64,000 nt of DNA from an uncultured delta proteobacterium (GCA_963699755.1 CAVOVB010000003.1:224001-288000); one strand, 5' to 3'. Positions 19,574 through 29,058 are shown, counted from the stretch's first letter. The notes: generated by a model from the sequence alone, not told the origin. Numbers and translations are program-made.

Positions 19574-20311
19574 TCAGGGGACCGTGATGTCCACGCCCGT
19601 GCCCTCGACGTCGAAGGTGCAGACCGACTCATCGACCGTGATGAGCGGGTTGCCACCGAGCGTGAGGTCGAGCGCGTAGGTGCCGTCCCAGTTCACGTTG
19701 TAGGTCGAACCAGAGGCACCGGTTGGGGTGACAGCCGCGCTTCCCTCGGTGATCTCACCAGGGGTGCCGATCGATAGGACGTCTCCGGTGGTGAAGGCAC
19801 CAATCGTCTGGCCCGTCGCTCCCGCCGTCAGCTCACTCTCGATGGGACCGCCCGTGGCGTCGGTGAGCACCGCCGCGATCGCCAGACCGCCAAGCTCAGC
19901 CGCGTTGCCCAAGGTCGGCAGCAAGAACTGCTGCGCTGCGACCGTCCACCCAGTGGTGACATTGTTCGAAGCATCGGCGGCCACATCCAAAGTGATCGTG
20001 ACACTGAGGTTGATGCTCGTGTTGAGCGCCGTCACGAAGACTTCGCAACCGCCGCCCGTGGCAGTCGGCCCACCGTTGGACCCCGCCGGTGTGGTGTTGG
20101 CTTCCCAGACCGTCGTACCACTGGCTCCACCACCGTCACCGCCGGTACCGCCTTCGCCGCCGCCACCGCCGCTGCCTGTGCTACCGCCGCTGCCGGTGCT
20201 GCCACCGCTGCCGGTGCTACCGCCGCTACCCGGCGGGGTGCTTTCATCATCCCCGCAGCCGAACATCGTCAGCGCGGCTCCGAGACCCAAAATCAATACT
20301 GTCTTTTTCAT
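19574..20311 (-). CDS. Lipoprotein: Gly-rich linker + one copy of the unrecognised ~175-aa domain
   Basis: GAGGA RBS; MKK...MFGC lipobox; FLLPTLGNAAELG and VNWDG...LTLGGNPL motifs. Confidence 0.9.
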   Translation of the reverse strand: MKKTVLILGLGAALTMFGCGDDESTPPGSGGSTGSGGSTGSGGSTGSGGGGGEGGTGGDGGGASGTTVWEANTTPAGSNGGPTATGGGCEVFVTALNTSINLSVTITLDVAADASNNVTTGWTVAAQQFLLPTLGNAAELGGLAIAAVLTDATGGPIESELTAGATGQTIGAFTTGDVLSIGTPGEITEGSAAVTPTGASGSTYNVNWDGTYALDLTLGGNPLITVDESVCTFDVEGTGVDITVP

Positions 20312-20418
20312 GTTCCTCTTTCTCCCGCGTCATATAAGCAAACACGCCGCGGGATTTCCGCACAGGTTGGTGCCCGCGTCAAGTCTCTTTCGACAGATCC
20401 ACTGAACAAACGCTCCTT

Positions 20419-20491
20419 TTAAACGAAGAACCCGCGTGCCTGGGCGCGCGGGCTCTCACAGTGATGCTGCGATGGGCAGCTTTGTCTCGGG
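20419..20491 (-). terminator. Conserved two-hairpin 3' element / terminator, copy 2
   Basis: AGAACCCGCGTGCC...GGCGCGCGGGCTCT-CACAGTGAT-GCTGC-GATGG-GCAGC. Confidence 0.7.
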
Positions 20492-22318
20492 TCAGTTCAC
20501 GGCGAAGTCCACGCCCGCGCCTTGAGCGTCGAAGGTGCAGACCGACTGGTCGACCGAGACGAGCGGGTTACCGCCCAGGGTCAGGTCGAGGGTGAAGTTG
20601 CCGTCCCAGTTGACATTGACGGTCGAGCCCGTGCCACCTGTCGGGCCCGCCGCGCCCGAGCCTGCGGTGATCTCGCCCGGGGTTGCGATCGTCAGGGTGC
20701 TTCCCGTGATGTAGGCACCGATGAGCTGCCCGGTCGCTGCCGCGGTCAGCCCGCTTGCAATCGAGCCAGGGATTGCTCCGCCGACAGAGGCGCCCGTCAC
20801 GTCCGCAGCGATCGCCAGCGCACCGAGCTCAGCGGCGTTGCCCAAGGTCGGCAGCAAGAAGTTCCCGGCTGCGATCGTCCATCCGGTGCTCAGGTTGTTG
20901 GCGCCGTCCGAGACGACATCGAGGGTGATATCCACCTGAAGCTGGATGTTCGTGTTGAGCGCGGTCACGAAGACCGTGCAGCCGCCCGTCGCACCGGGGC
21001 CACCGCCAACCGGCGTGGTGTTCGCCCGCCAGAGGGTGCTGCCCGAACCGGCCTCGATGACCGGGTCCGAGGCGACCACGCACTCGCCGTTCATGCACGT
21101 GCCGGTGTTGTCAAAGCACAACCGGCCATCATCCGCATTGTTGAGGGTGCAGGCGTTGCTTTCACAGGCCGCCACTTGGCACTCGCCGCCGCCCGGACAC
21201 TGGGTCTCGTCTCGGCACTCGACGCACGCGTTGTCGACGCAGACGAGGTCACCGCAGTCGGCGTCTCCGTTGCAGTCCACGCAGGTGCCCGCGCCATCAC
21301 AAACGCCCGCGACGCTGTCGTTCAGGCAATCATCGCCCAGGGTGGCATCTTGCGACACACACACGCCTGCATCGCACGTGTTGATCGTGCAGTCGTTTTG
21401 GTCGTCGCAGTCGATGTTCATTGTGCATTCGGGCTGCCCGCCTGCGCCTCCCGTGCCGCCCGTGCCGACAGCGCCGCCAGTGCCAACTTCGCCTCCCATG
21501 CCGCCCATGCCGCCGGTGCCGACAGCGCCGCCGGTGCCAACTTCGCCTCCCATGCCGCCTGCGCCAGCTTCACCACCCATGCCGCCTGTGCCCGAGCCGC
21601 CCGTGCCACCGGTGCCGCCCTCGCCGGCGACGCAGGTGACGGGAATCGTCCACTGAGCCATGTCACAAACTTCGTCATTGTCGGTGACGCTGATGTTGAC
21701 GAAGTGATCACCCACGTCAACGCAGGTGTAAGTCGTCTCATCGGCGGCCGGGTCGGCGATGGTGCCGCCTGAGCTCGTCCAAGTGTACGTGATCGGATCG
21801 TTGTCGCGGTCGACGCCAATGGCCGAAAGGTCGATGTTGTTCCCGACCGATGTCTCTAGCGGCGAGACGACCGCCTTTGCGAGCTCCGCACAGATGTTGA
21901 ACATGCCGTTCACCCGAACCGCGCCGAGTCGCTGCGGAAGCTTACAGCGCAACATCACCATCACATTGGTCGTCTGGCCTGCCTCGACGTTGAACGGCTC
22001 CGAGCCCCTGCAGGTGGTCGTGCCGTCCACTGAAACCGCTTCTAGCGCGATCGTGTAGTCTTGGGGACCCGGCGGAAGCCCGAACACCTCGACGGATGCC
22101 GTCGAACCAGGCGCGCTCACGTTGATCGCGTCGGACATGTCCATCCCGTTGCCGGTGATGCGCCACTCCACGGTGTCGATCGTGATGTCGTCGGCGAGGA
22201 CGAGCTCGAGCGAGAGCCCGCCCGTCTCACTCGGCGCTGTGTCCGAAGAGCAGCCTGCGAACGCAAACGCAAACACTGTGCTCAGAACGAGGGAAGACAA
22301 CAAACGGTAACCGGACAT
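20492..22318 (-). CDS. Lipoprotein: N-module type A + Ig/PKD-like + Gly linker + Cys-rich repeats + ~175-aa domain
   Basis: GGAGG RBS before MSGY; lipobox FAGC; similar to 3420..4535 (N-half) and 26659..28857 (C-terminal domain). Confidence 0.9.
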   Translation of the reverse strand: MSGYRLLSSLVLSTVFAFAFAGCSSDTAPSETGGLSLELVLADDITIDTVEWRITGNGMDMSDAINVSAPGSTASVEVFGLPPGPQDYTIALEAVSVDGTTTCRGSEPFNVEAGQTTNVMVMLRCKLPQRLGAVRVNGMFNICAELAKAVVSPLETSVGNNIDLSAIGVDRDNDPITYTWTSSGGTIADPAADETTYTCVDVGDHFVNISVTDNDEVCDMAQWTIPVTCVAGEGGTGGTGGSGTGGMGGEAGAGGMGGEVGTGGAVGTGGMGGMGGEVGTGGAVGTGGTGGAGGQPECTMNIDCDDQNDCTINTCDAGVCVSQDATLGDDCLNDSVAGVCDGAGTCVDCNGDADCGDLVCVDNACVECRDETQCPGGGECQVAACESNACTLNNADDGRLCFDNTGTCMNGECVVASDPVIEAGSGSTLWRANTTPVGGGPGATGGCTVFVTALNTNIQLQVDITLDVVSDGANNLSTGWTIAAGNFLLPTLGNAAELGALAIAADVTGASVGGAIPGSIASGLTAAATGQLIGAYITGSTLTIATPGEITAGSGAAGPTGGTGSTVNVNWDGNFTLDLTLGGNPLVSVDQSVCTFDAQGAGVDFAVN

Positions 22319-22352
22319 GGGGGCCTCCATAAAACTCTCTTGGGGGAGGACG

Positions 22353-22382
22353 AAGCTACCACTGTCCGTCGAAGCTTTTCAA
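22353..22382 (-). promoter_or_regulatory. Putative sigma70-type promoter
   Basis: Minus strand TTGAAA-N18-TAGCTT with TGn extension. Confidence 0.55.
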
Positions 22383-22429
22383 GAGTCTTTATTTGGGTCT
22401 TGCTGCAGTGCGGCGAAGCTCCTTCTCCT

Positions 22430-22445
22430 TGTGTGCTGGCTCACA
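22430..22445. promoter_or_regulatory. CRP-type box (1 mismatch)
   Basis: TGTGT-GCTGGC-TCACA. Confidence 0.65.
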
Positions 22446-22504
22446 GTTCGACGGCCAGAAGTACCGCGCGAGACGCAGGTCTAGTTCAATCCCGAGCACG
22501 CCGG

Positions 22505-25500
22505 CTACGGCTGATTCACAGCAAAATCGACGCCGGACCCCTGGACGTCGAAGGTGCAGACCGACTCGTCGACGGTCACCAGCGGGGTCCCTCCGAGGGT
22601 CAGCTCGACGGTGAAGGTGCCGTCCCAGTTCACGTTGATGCTCGAGCCGGTCGGAACGATGCGCGCGCTGCCCTCGCTGATTTCCGTCGGCGTGGTCAGG
22701 ATGAAGACGTCGCCGACGAGGAAGGCGCCGATGAGTTGCCCGAGCGCCGCCGGGTTGGCGCTGCTCGGAATCGCGCTTGGCGTTCCGTTGCTGACCTGCG
22801 CGCGGATATCGATGCCGCCGTACTCCGCCGCGTTGCCGGCAGACGGAAGAAGGAAGTGTTGCACTTCGGCGGTCCAAGCGGTGCTGATGTTGTTGGAGCC
22901 GTCGGAGCTCACGCCGAGCGTCAAGGTGACGTCGAGAGGGAGCACGGTGTTGAGCACTGTGACGAAGACCGCGCAGCCAGCGCCGGTCGCGCTCGGCCCG
23001 CCACTCGATCCAAGCGGGGTCGTGCGCGCTTGCCAGACCGTCTGGCCGCTGCCCGCCGCAACCACCGGGGCTGCGACCTCGATACAGACACCGGCCCCGT
23101 CACACTCCCCGAACGGGCCCGTGCCCGGATTGCAGAACGTGCCGGCGGGCTCGAAGGACGATGCCGGGCAGATGCCGCCTGCGGCCGAATCACAGGGCGG
23201 GTCGGCGGTGCAGTCATTGCCGTCGTCGCAGACGATGCCCAGGCAGTTGTCGATGCAGCTTCCGCTCTGGCAGGCTCCGTTGCCGCCGTTGCATGCGGTT
23301 CCGTCGGGCTGGTTGTCCGGCGGCACAGGCTCGCATTGCTCGGTCGATGGGTTGCAGGTCTGTGGCAGCCTGCACTCGGTCCCGGCACTGCAGCCGTCGA
23401 TGGTGCAACCCGCCGGCACGCAAGCGCCCGCCTGACACTCGCCGAGGCCACTGAGGCTCGCCGCGCTGCTGCACGCGGTTCCATCCGCCGCCGGGGCATT
23501 GACGCAGACGGCAGAGCCGCTCGAATCATCGCAGCTATCGACCGTGCAATCGTTGCCATCGTCGAAGCAGTCGGGCGGCGGGGGAGGGGTTGCCGTCGGG
23601 CTGCACGGCAGGTCGCCGAAGCTGACGCCCGAGCCCTGGACGTTGAACAGGCATGCGTCCTGGTTGAACTCGAGCAAGGGGTTTCCGCCGAGGGTGAGCT
23701 GCAGGTCGAACTTACCGTCCCAGTTGACGCGTAGGCCCGGAGCGCCAGGCGTGACCGCCGCAACGCCTTGGGTGATCTCGCTTGGGGTCCCCAAGGTCAG
23801 CAGGCCTCCGGTGACGAAAGCGCCGATCAGCTGTCCGGTCGCCGCTGCATTCGCTGTGCTTGGAATGCTGCTCGGCACGCCGCCCGTGACGATGGCGTTC
23901 AAGCTCAAGCTGCCGTACTCCGCTGCGTTGGACAGGGTGGGAAGAAGGAACTGCTGCAGCGAGACGGTCCAATCGGTGGCGAAGTTGTTGTTCCCGTCGG
24001 ACGTCACGCCCAATACCACGGTCGTGTCGAAGTAGATGGTCGTTCCGATCACGGTCGGATCAACCGCGCAGCCCCCGCTCGTCGCCGTTGGCCCTCCAGT
24101 CGACCCGAACGGAATCGTATTGGCAACCCAGGTCGTCGTGCCGCTGCCCGCCGGGATGATGGGAACCTCGAGACAGGCCCCGTTCTGGCAAGAGCCGGCG
24201 CCCGTGGCCGTGGGCGCAGTGCTACAGGCCGTTCCGTTTGCAAGCGGCGCATTCACGCAGACCGCCGCGCCGCTCGAGTCGTCGCAGCTATCCACGGTGC
24301 ACTCGTTCCCATCGTCGAAGCAAGCCGCGGGCGGGGGAGGGCTCGCCGTAGGGTTACACGGCGAATCGCCGAAGCCGAAATTGATATCGCCGCCGATCAC
24401 GTCGAACTCGGTGGTGTCCTGGTCGATGGTGAGGAGCGGGTTGCCGCCGAGCGTCAGCTCGATGCTGAAGTTCCCGTCCCAGTTGACGCGCACACTCGGA
24501 CCGGTGGGGGTAATCGTGGCGCTTCCCCGGGTGACCTGGCCGGGCGAGCTGAGGGTCAGAGTGTCTCCGTTGAGGAAGGCGCTGATCGGCTGTCCCGTCG
24601 CGGCCGGCGTGAAGGTGCTCGGGATGAAGCTCGGCGTCCCACCGGTGACGACGGCACCGATCGACAAGGCGCCGAGCTCGGCGGCGTCGCCCACGGTCGG
24701 AAGCAGGAAGTTCTGAAGCTCGACTGTCCAGTCGGTCGTGAAGTTGTTGTTCCCATCGGAAGTCACGGTCAAGGTGATATCGACCTGCAATTCGATGGTC
24801 GAGTTGAGCGCAGTCACGAACACCGTGGCGCCGCCACCGGTCGCGGTTGGGCCGCCGTTGGACCCCGGCGGCGTCGTATTGGCGCTCCACGTCGTGGAGC
24901 TGCTGCCGGCGGGGATGGTGCCTGCCGTGTTGCAGACTCCGGACTGGCAGGCGCCCACGCCCGCAGCACACGGCGTGCCGTCGGGAATAGGGTTGTTCAC
25001 GCACAGCGGAGGGCCCGGAGTGCCGGACGACAAGTCGCAAAAATCTGTCGTGCAATCGTTGCCGTCGTCGCAGTCGTCGCCTAGGCAGCCGTCGTCGCCC
25101 ACAATGGTCAGAGCGACCTCTTTGGTCTTGTCGCAGTCGACGTCGCCGTCGGTGGTCACCGCGGTGCAGGTGATGGAGTCACCCGGGGTCGCGGGGACGT
25201 TCGGAGTGTTGGGATCGCCGTCGTCGTCGACCGTTGCGCACGAGACGAAGAAGCCGCCGACGCCTGGGGCAAGGGCGCCAGGAGGCGGATCGCCGATGTT
25301 GCCGAGGGTGTCACCCGAGAAGGTGCAGCTGGCAGCCGGGTTGAGGCCATCGCAGCTAATCGCACACGCGCCGAGGGTGCTCGCGCAGGTGACCGTGGTC
25401 GAGACGCCGGGGTCCGGACCGGGCGTGCAGCTCAGGCCGGTGGGTGTCGGGTTGCAGGTCTGCGGGTCGCAGCTGGTGCCGCACTGGCTGTCGCCATCGC

Positions 25501-26239
25501 GGAAACGCACTTGACAGGCCGTCGCCAACACGTCGCCAACGGGGGGAATCGTGCGAACGTCGAGCTCGGAGTCGATGCAGTTCAGGACGAAGAGGTCGGG
25601 GCAGAAGTTCGCCACGTTGAACGAGAAGTCCCCGTCGAGGTCGAGCATGCCGACCGGCGCCTGGAAGCTGATCCCGCAGTACATGAGGACGTTGACCTTG
25701 GTGACCGAGTCCGCTGCGATGTCGAAGGTCTCGGTCGCCGAGCAGATGACCTCGCCGTCGCCGTCACGCGCGCGGAGCTGCACGGTGCAGCCGGCGGTCG
25801 GCGGCAGGTCCATGAAGCCCTGCCAGACGTAGACCTCCGAGAGGTCCGGGCCGAAGTCCTGGTTGCTGACGCCGCCAGACGCGGTGTCGAGAACCTCGAG
25901 CACACCGCTGATGGTCACGTCGTCCGCGAAGCTCGCGTTGTTGTCGAGGAACGGCCCGTTGTCGGCGCCGTCGTTACACGCGATGGTGTATTCGACCACC
26001 TGGATGTCGAAGGCCGCCGGCTGGGGGGTGCCGTCGGGGGCTGGGGACTGACCGCCGTTGTTGGGAATCACGACATTGAGCTCGGTGTTGCCCACGGAAG
26101 GTTCTGCGCCGCCGTTGCAGCCGACCAACGCGGCTAAGCACAGCGACCCGAACAATCGACCGACAAGCATCAGCGAAGGGCGCGAGCCAAACGCATCGCA
26201 TGGCGCTCCGAAAGCTTTGGCGCCGACTGCAATAGGCAT
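22505..26239 (-). CDS. Large lipoprotein: N-module type B + three copies of the ~175-aa domain separated by Cys-rich linkers (alternative start 26170)
   Basis: Lipobox LVGC; three FLLP(T/S)xxxAAE(L/Y)G...VNWDG...LTLGG(N/T)PL units; CxDDGNxCTxDxC linkers. Confidence 0.9.
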   Translation of the reverse strand: MPIAVGAKAFGAPCDAFGSRPSLMLVGRLFGSLCLAALVGCNGGAEPSVGNTELNVVIPNNGGQSPAPDGTPQPAAFDIQVVEYTIACNDGADNGPFLDNNASFADDVTISGVLEVLDTASGGVSNQDFGPDLSEVYVWQGFMDLPPTAGCTVQLRARDGDGEVICSATETFDIAADSVTKVNVLMYCGISFQAPVGMLDLDGDFSFNVANFCPDLFVLNCIDSELDVRTIPPVGDVLATACQVRFRDGDSQCGTSCDPQTCNPTPTGLSCTPGPDPGVSTTVTCASTLGACAISCDGLNPAASCTFSGDTLGNIGDPPPGALAPGVGGFFVSCATVDDDGDPNTPNVPATPGDSITCTAVTTDGDVDCDKTKEVALTIVGDDGCLGDDCDDGNDCTTDFCDLSSGTPGPPLCVNNPIPDGTPCAAGVGACQSGVCNTAGTIPAGSSSTTWSANTTPPGSNGGPTATGGGATVFVTALNSTIELQVDITLTVTSDGNNNFTTDWTVELQNFLLPTVGDAAELGALSIGAVVTGGTPSFIPSTFTPAATGQPISAFLNGDTLTLSSPGQVTRGSATITPTGPSVRVNWDGNFSIELTLGGNPLLTIDQDTTEFDVIGGDINFGFGDSPCNPTASPPPPAACFDDGNECTVDSCDDSSGAAVCVNAPLANGTACSTAPTATGAGSCQNGACLEVPIIPAGSGTTTWVANTIPFGSTGGPTATSGGCAVDPTVIGTTIYFDTTVVLGVTSDGNNNFATDWTVSLQQFLLPTLSNAAEYGSLSLNAIVTGGVPSSIPSTANAAATGQLIGAFVTGGLLTLGTPSEITQGVAAVTPGAPGLRVNWDGKFDLQLTLGGNPLLEFNQDACLFNVQGSGVSFGDLPCSPTATPPPPPDCFDDGNDCTVDSCDDSSGSAVCVNAPAADGTACSSAASLSGLGECQAGACVPAGCTIDGCSAGTECRLPQTCNPSTEQCEPVPPDNQPDGTACNGGNGACQSGSCIDNCLGIVCDDGNDCTADPPCDSAAGGICPASSFEPAGTFCNPGTGPFGECDGAGVCIEVAAPVVAAGSGQTVWQARTTPLGSSGGPSATGAGCAVFVTVLNTVLPLDVTLTLGVSSDGSNNISTAWTAEVQHFLLPSAGNAAEYGGIDIRAQVSNGTPSAIPSSANPAALGQLIGAFLVGDVFILTTPTEISEGSARIVPTGSSINVNWDGTFTVELTLGGTPLVTVDESVCTFDVQGSGVDFAVNQP
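25114..26052. repeat. 939-bp direct repeat, copy 1
   Basis: Matches 27792..28730 at offset 2678; translations in several frames are identical in the ORF track. Confidence 0.92.
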
Positions 26240-26320
26240 GAGTCAGCAATACGCCCTTTCGTCCAGCGCCGTCAATGACATCAGCGACAGCAATCCAACG
26301 TCCGAATCCGACCATCGCTC

Positions 26321-26356
26321 CCGCAGCCGCAGCCGCAGCCGCAGCCGCAGCCGCAG
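26321..26356. repeat. Intergenic hexamer microsatellite (CCGCAG)6
   Basis: Six perfect units read directly. Confidence 0.95.
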
Positions 26357-26589
26357 CCACGGCCGCCGCTCGCGCTGGCACTGCCGCTGACACGGACGGT
26401 GATGCAGCCAGGTACCTCGACTTGTACGCAGGGGGGCGGCTCGGGATGGGCAGTACAGCGATTGGGTCGAGCCTAGCCGTAGGTCGTTTTGGAGAGTTGG
26501 GGGGCGAGTGGGTCCCAATCGCGAGCACGCCCGTCGCGAGCCGCCCTCCGATGGCGCAGTTGCGCAACACAGTTGCTATCGCGGCCCTA

Positions 26590-26658
26590 TAACGAGAAAA
26601 CCCGCGAGCCGAAGCCCGCGGGTCTCTCAGTGTGTCGCTGCTTAGCAGCGTGTTGGCG
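26590..26658 (-). terminator. Conserved two-hairpin 3' element / terminator, copy 3
   Basis: Minus strand GAGAGACCCGCGGGC-TTCG-GCTCGCGGGTTTTCTC (cUUCGg loop), preceded by CGCTGC-TAA-GCAGCG. Confidence 0.75.
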
Positions 26659-28857
26659 TTACTGGACTAGGAAGTTGACGCCCGTGCCCTGGTTGTCGAA
26701 CACGCAGACCGACTCGTCGACCGTCACGAGCGGGTTGCCGCCGAGCGTGAGGTCTAGAGCGAACGTGCCGTCCCAGTTGACGTTGACCGTCGAGCCTACG
26801 CCACCGGTCGGCGTCGCCGCAGCCAAGCCGTTGGTGATCTCGCCAGGGCTCGAGATGACGAGGTTGTTACCCGAGATGAAGGCACCGATGAGCTGCCCGG
26901 TCGCTGCCGCGGTCAGGCTACTCGGGATCGATGCCGGGGTCGCGTTCGTCACGTTTGCGGCAATCGCTAGAGCACCGAGCTCCGCTGCATTGCCAAGGGT
27001 CGGCAGCAGGAAGTTCGCTGCGAGGATCCCCCAGCCCGTGCTCAGGTTGTTGGCACCGTCCGACACGACGTCGAGGGTGATGTCCACCTGGAGCTGGATG
27101 TTGGTGTTGAGCGCAGTCACGAAGACCGTGCAGCCGCCCGTTGCACCGGGGCCACCGCCAGGCGGGGCGGTGTTCGCCTGCCAGAGGGTGGTGCCAGAAC
27201 CGGCCGCGATGACCGGGGGTGTGGAGCACACGCCAGCGTCACAGGCGCCGCCAGCCGGTGGCGAGCACGCGGTGCCGTCGGCCGCGTCCTGCGAACCGCA
27301 CACGTACGGCGAGACACCGGTGTTGCAGAGGCCGACCTGACAATCGGTAGCCGTGCCCACATCCGGACAGTCGGCGTCCGCCTGGCAGGCGTCGCTGCTC
27401 GCGCAAACGCCGGCGGCGTTGCAGGTGCCGACACCGGAGCCGACGCCGGAGTCGCAAGCGCCGCCTAGGTTGGTCGGAGCCTGGCTGCATGAGCCGCCAG
27501 CCTCACAGGTGCCGACGGTGCAGGGGTTGCTGTCTTGGCAGAACGCAGTCGGATCCGGCTGCGCGTTGCAGTCCGTTGAAAAGCAGACTCCACCGGTACA
27601 TGTGCCGGGGAAGCCGCCGCCGTCGGTACAGGCAGTGTTATCCGGCAAGCTCGGGTTGGTGCAGCAGTTGGCCTGTGTGCCGTCGCAAGTCGCGTCGACG
27701 CAGACGTCGGCGGTGCAGGTATTGCCGTCGGCGCAGCTACCGCCGCCTGCCGCGAAGTTCTGGCAGGGCGAGAGACCGGCGATGGTCAGGTCGACCTCTT
27801 TGGTCTTGTCGCAGTCGACGTCGCCGTCGGTGGTCACCGCGGTGCAGGTGATGGAGTCACCCGGGGTCGCGGGGACGTTCGGAGTGTTGGGATCGCCGTC
27901 GTCGTCGACCGTTGCGCACGAGACGAAGAAGCCGCCGACGCCTGGGGCAAGGGCGCCAGGAGGCGGATCGCCGATGTTGCCGAGGGTGTCACCCGAGAAG
28001 GTGCAGCTGGCAGCCGGGTTGAGGCCATCGCAGCTAATCGCACACGCGCCGAGGGTGCTCGCGCAGGTGACCGTGGTCGAGACGCCGGGGTCCGGACCGG
28101 GCGTGCAGCTCAGGCCGGTGGGTGTCGGGTTGCAGGTCTGCGGGTCGCAGCTGGTGCCGCACTGGCTGTCGCCATCGCGGAAACGCACTTGACAGGCCGT
28201 CGCCAACACGTCGCCAACGGGGGGAATCGTGCGAACGTCGAGCTCGGAGTCGATGCAGTTCAGGACGAAGAGGTCGGGGCAGAAGTTCGCCACGTTGAAC
28301 GAGAAGTCCCCGTCGAGGTCGAGCATGCCGACCGGCGCCTGGAAGCTGATCCCGCAGTACATGAGGACGTTGACCTTGGTGACCGAGTCCGCTGCGATGT
28401 CGAAGGTCTCGGTCGCCGAGCAGATGACCTCGCCGTCGCCGTCACGCGCGCGGAGCTGCACGGTGCAGCCGGCGGTCGGCGGCAGGTCCATGAAGCCCTG
28501 CCAGACGTAGACCTCCGAGAGGTCCGGGCCGAAGTCCTGGTTGCTGACGCCGCCAGACGCGGTGTCGAGAACCTCGAGCACACCGCTGATGGTCACGTCG
28601 TCCGCGAAGCTCGCGTTGTTGTCGAGGAACGGCCCGTTGTCGGCGCCGTCGTTACACGCGATGGTGTATTCGACCACCTGGATGTCGAAGGCCGCCGGCT
28701 GGGGGGTGCCGTCGGGGGCTGGGGACTGACTGCCGTTGTTGGGAATCACAACGTTCAGCTCCGTGTTGCCTGCAGTACCGCCCTCGCCGCTTGTGCAGCC
28801 GGCTAGGGCCCCGATACATGCAAGCACGATCCATGGGGTAAATCGTGTCTTAGTCAT
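26659..28857 (-). CDS. Lipoprotein: N-module type B + Cys-rich repeats + one ~175-aa domain
   Basis: AAGGAG RBS before MTKTRF; lipobox LAGC. Confidence 0.9.
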   Translation of the reverse strand: MTKTRFTPWIVLACIGALAGCTSGEGGTAGNTELNVVIPNNGSQSPAPDGTPQPAAFDIQVVEYTIACNDGADNGPFLDNNASFADDVTISGVLEVLDTASGGVSNQDFGPDLSEVYVWQGFMDLPPTAGCTVQLRARDGDGEVICSATETFDIAADSVTKVNVLMYCGISFQAPVGMLDLDGDFSFNVANFCPDLFVLNCIDSELDVRTIPPVGDVLATACQVRFRDGDSQCGTSCDPQTCNPTPTGLSCTPGPDPGVSTTVTCASTLGACAISCDGLNPAASCTFSGDTLGNIGDPPPGALAPGVGGFFVSCATVDDDGDPNTPNVPATPGDSITCTAVTTDGDVDCDKTKEVDLTIAGLSPCQNFAAGGGSCADGNTCTADVCVDATCDGTQANCCTNPSLPDNTACTDGGGFPGTCTGGVCFSTDCNAQPDPTAFCQDSNPCTVGTCEAGGSCSQAPTNLGGACDSGVGSGVGTCNAAGVCASSDACQADADCPDVGTATDCQVGLCNTGVSPYVCGSQDAADGTACSPPAGGACDAGVCSTPPVIAAGSGTTLWQANTAPPGGGPGATGGCTVFVTALNTNIQLQVDITLDVVSDGANNLSTGWGILAANFLLPTLGNAAELGALAIAANVTNATPASIPSSLTAAATGQLIGAFISGNNLVISSPGEITNGLAAATPTGGVGSTVNVNWDGTFALDLTLGGNPLVTVDESVCVFDNQGTGVNFLVQ
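27792..28730. repeat. 939-bp direct repeat, copy 2
   Basis: See 25114..26052. Confidence 0.92.
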
Positions 28858-28905
28858 TCTTTCGCTCCTTGAATTGGATAAATCACTACGACTAGCGCAG
28901 CGGTT

Positions 28906-28921
28906 CGTGAACGGGTTCACG
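28906..28921. promoter_or_regulatory. CRP-type box in predicted 5' leader
   Basis: CGTGA-ACGGGT-TCACG. Confidence 0.5.
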
Positions 28922-28927
28922 GAGGAG

Positions 28928-28957
28928 GTGCTATCTCAGCACGTTTCGCGATGTCAA
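28928..28957 (-). promoter_or_regulatory. Putative sigma70-type promoter
   Basis: Minus strand TTGACA-N18-TAGCAC. Confidence 0.5.
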
Positions 28958-29005
28958 CAGTTTCTGTTTCCACTTTGATCGCGCGTACGGCCTCAGGCCG
29001 ATCTG

Positions 29006-29058
29006 TGTGAGGAGAGATACAATTGCGCAGAAAAACCTACGCGGTGAGCCGGCTTACA
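29006..29058. promoter_or_regulatory. Two degenerate CRP-type boxes
   Basis: TGTGA-GGAGAG-ATACA (29006-29021) and GGTGA-GCCGGC-TTACA (29043-29058). Confidence 0.5.

Noticed and set aside
25974..26592. Poly-Ala or Arg-Leu ORFs spanning the CCGCAG tract
   Set aside because: A 6-bp repeat keeps frames open on both strands; no RBS or recognisable protein features.
19574..28857. Diversity-generating retroelement or invertase shufflon behind the repeated domains
   Set aside because: No reverse transcriptase or recombinase in the window. Differences between copies are not adenine-specific, and all copies lie in intact same-strand ORFs.
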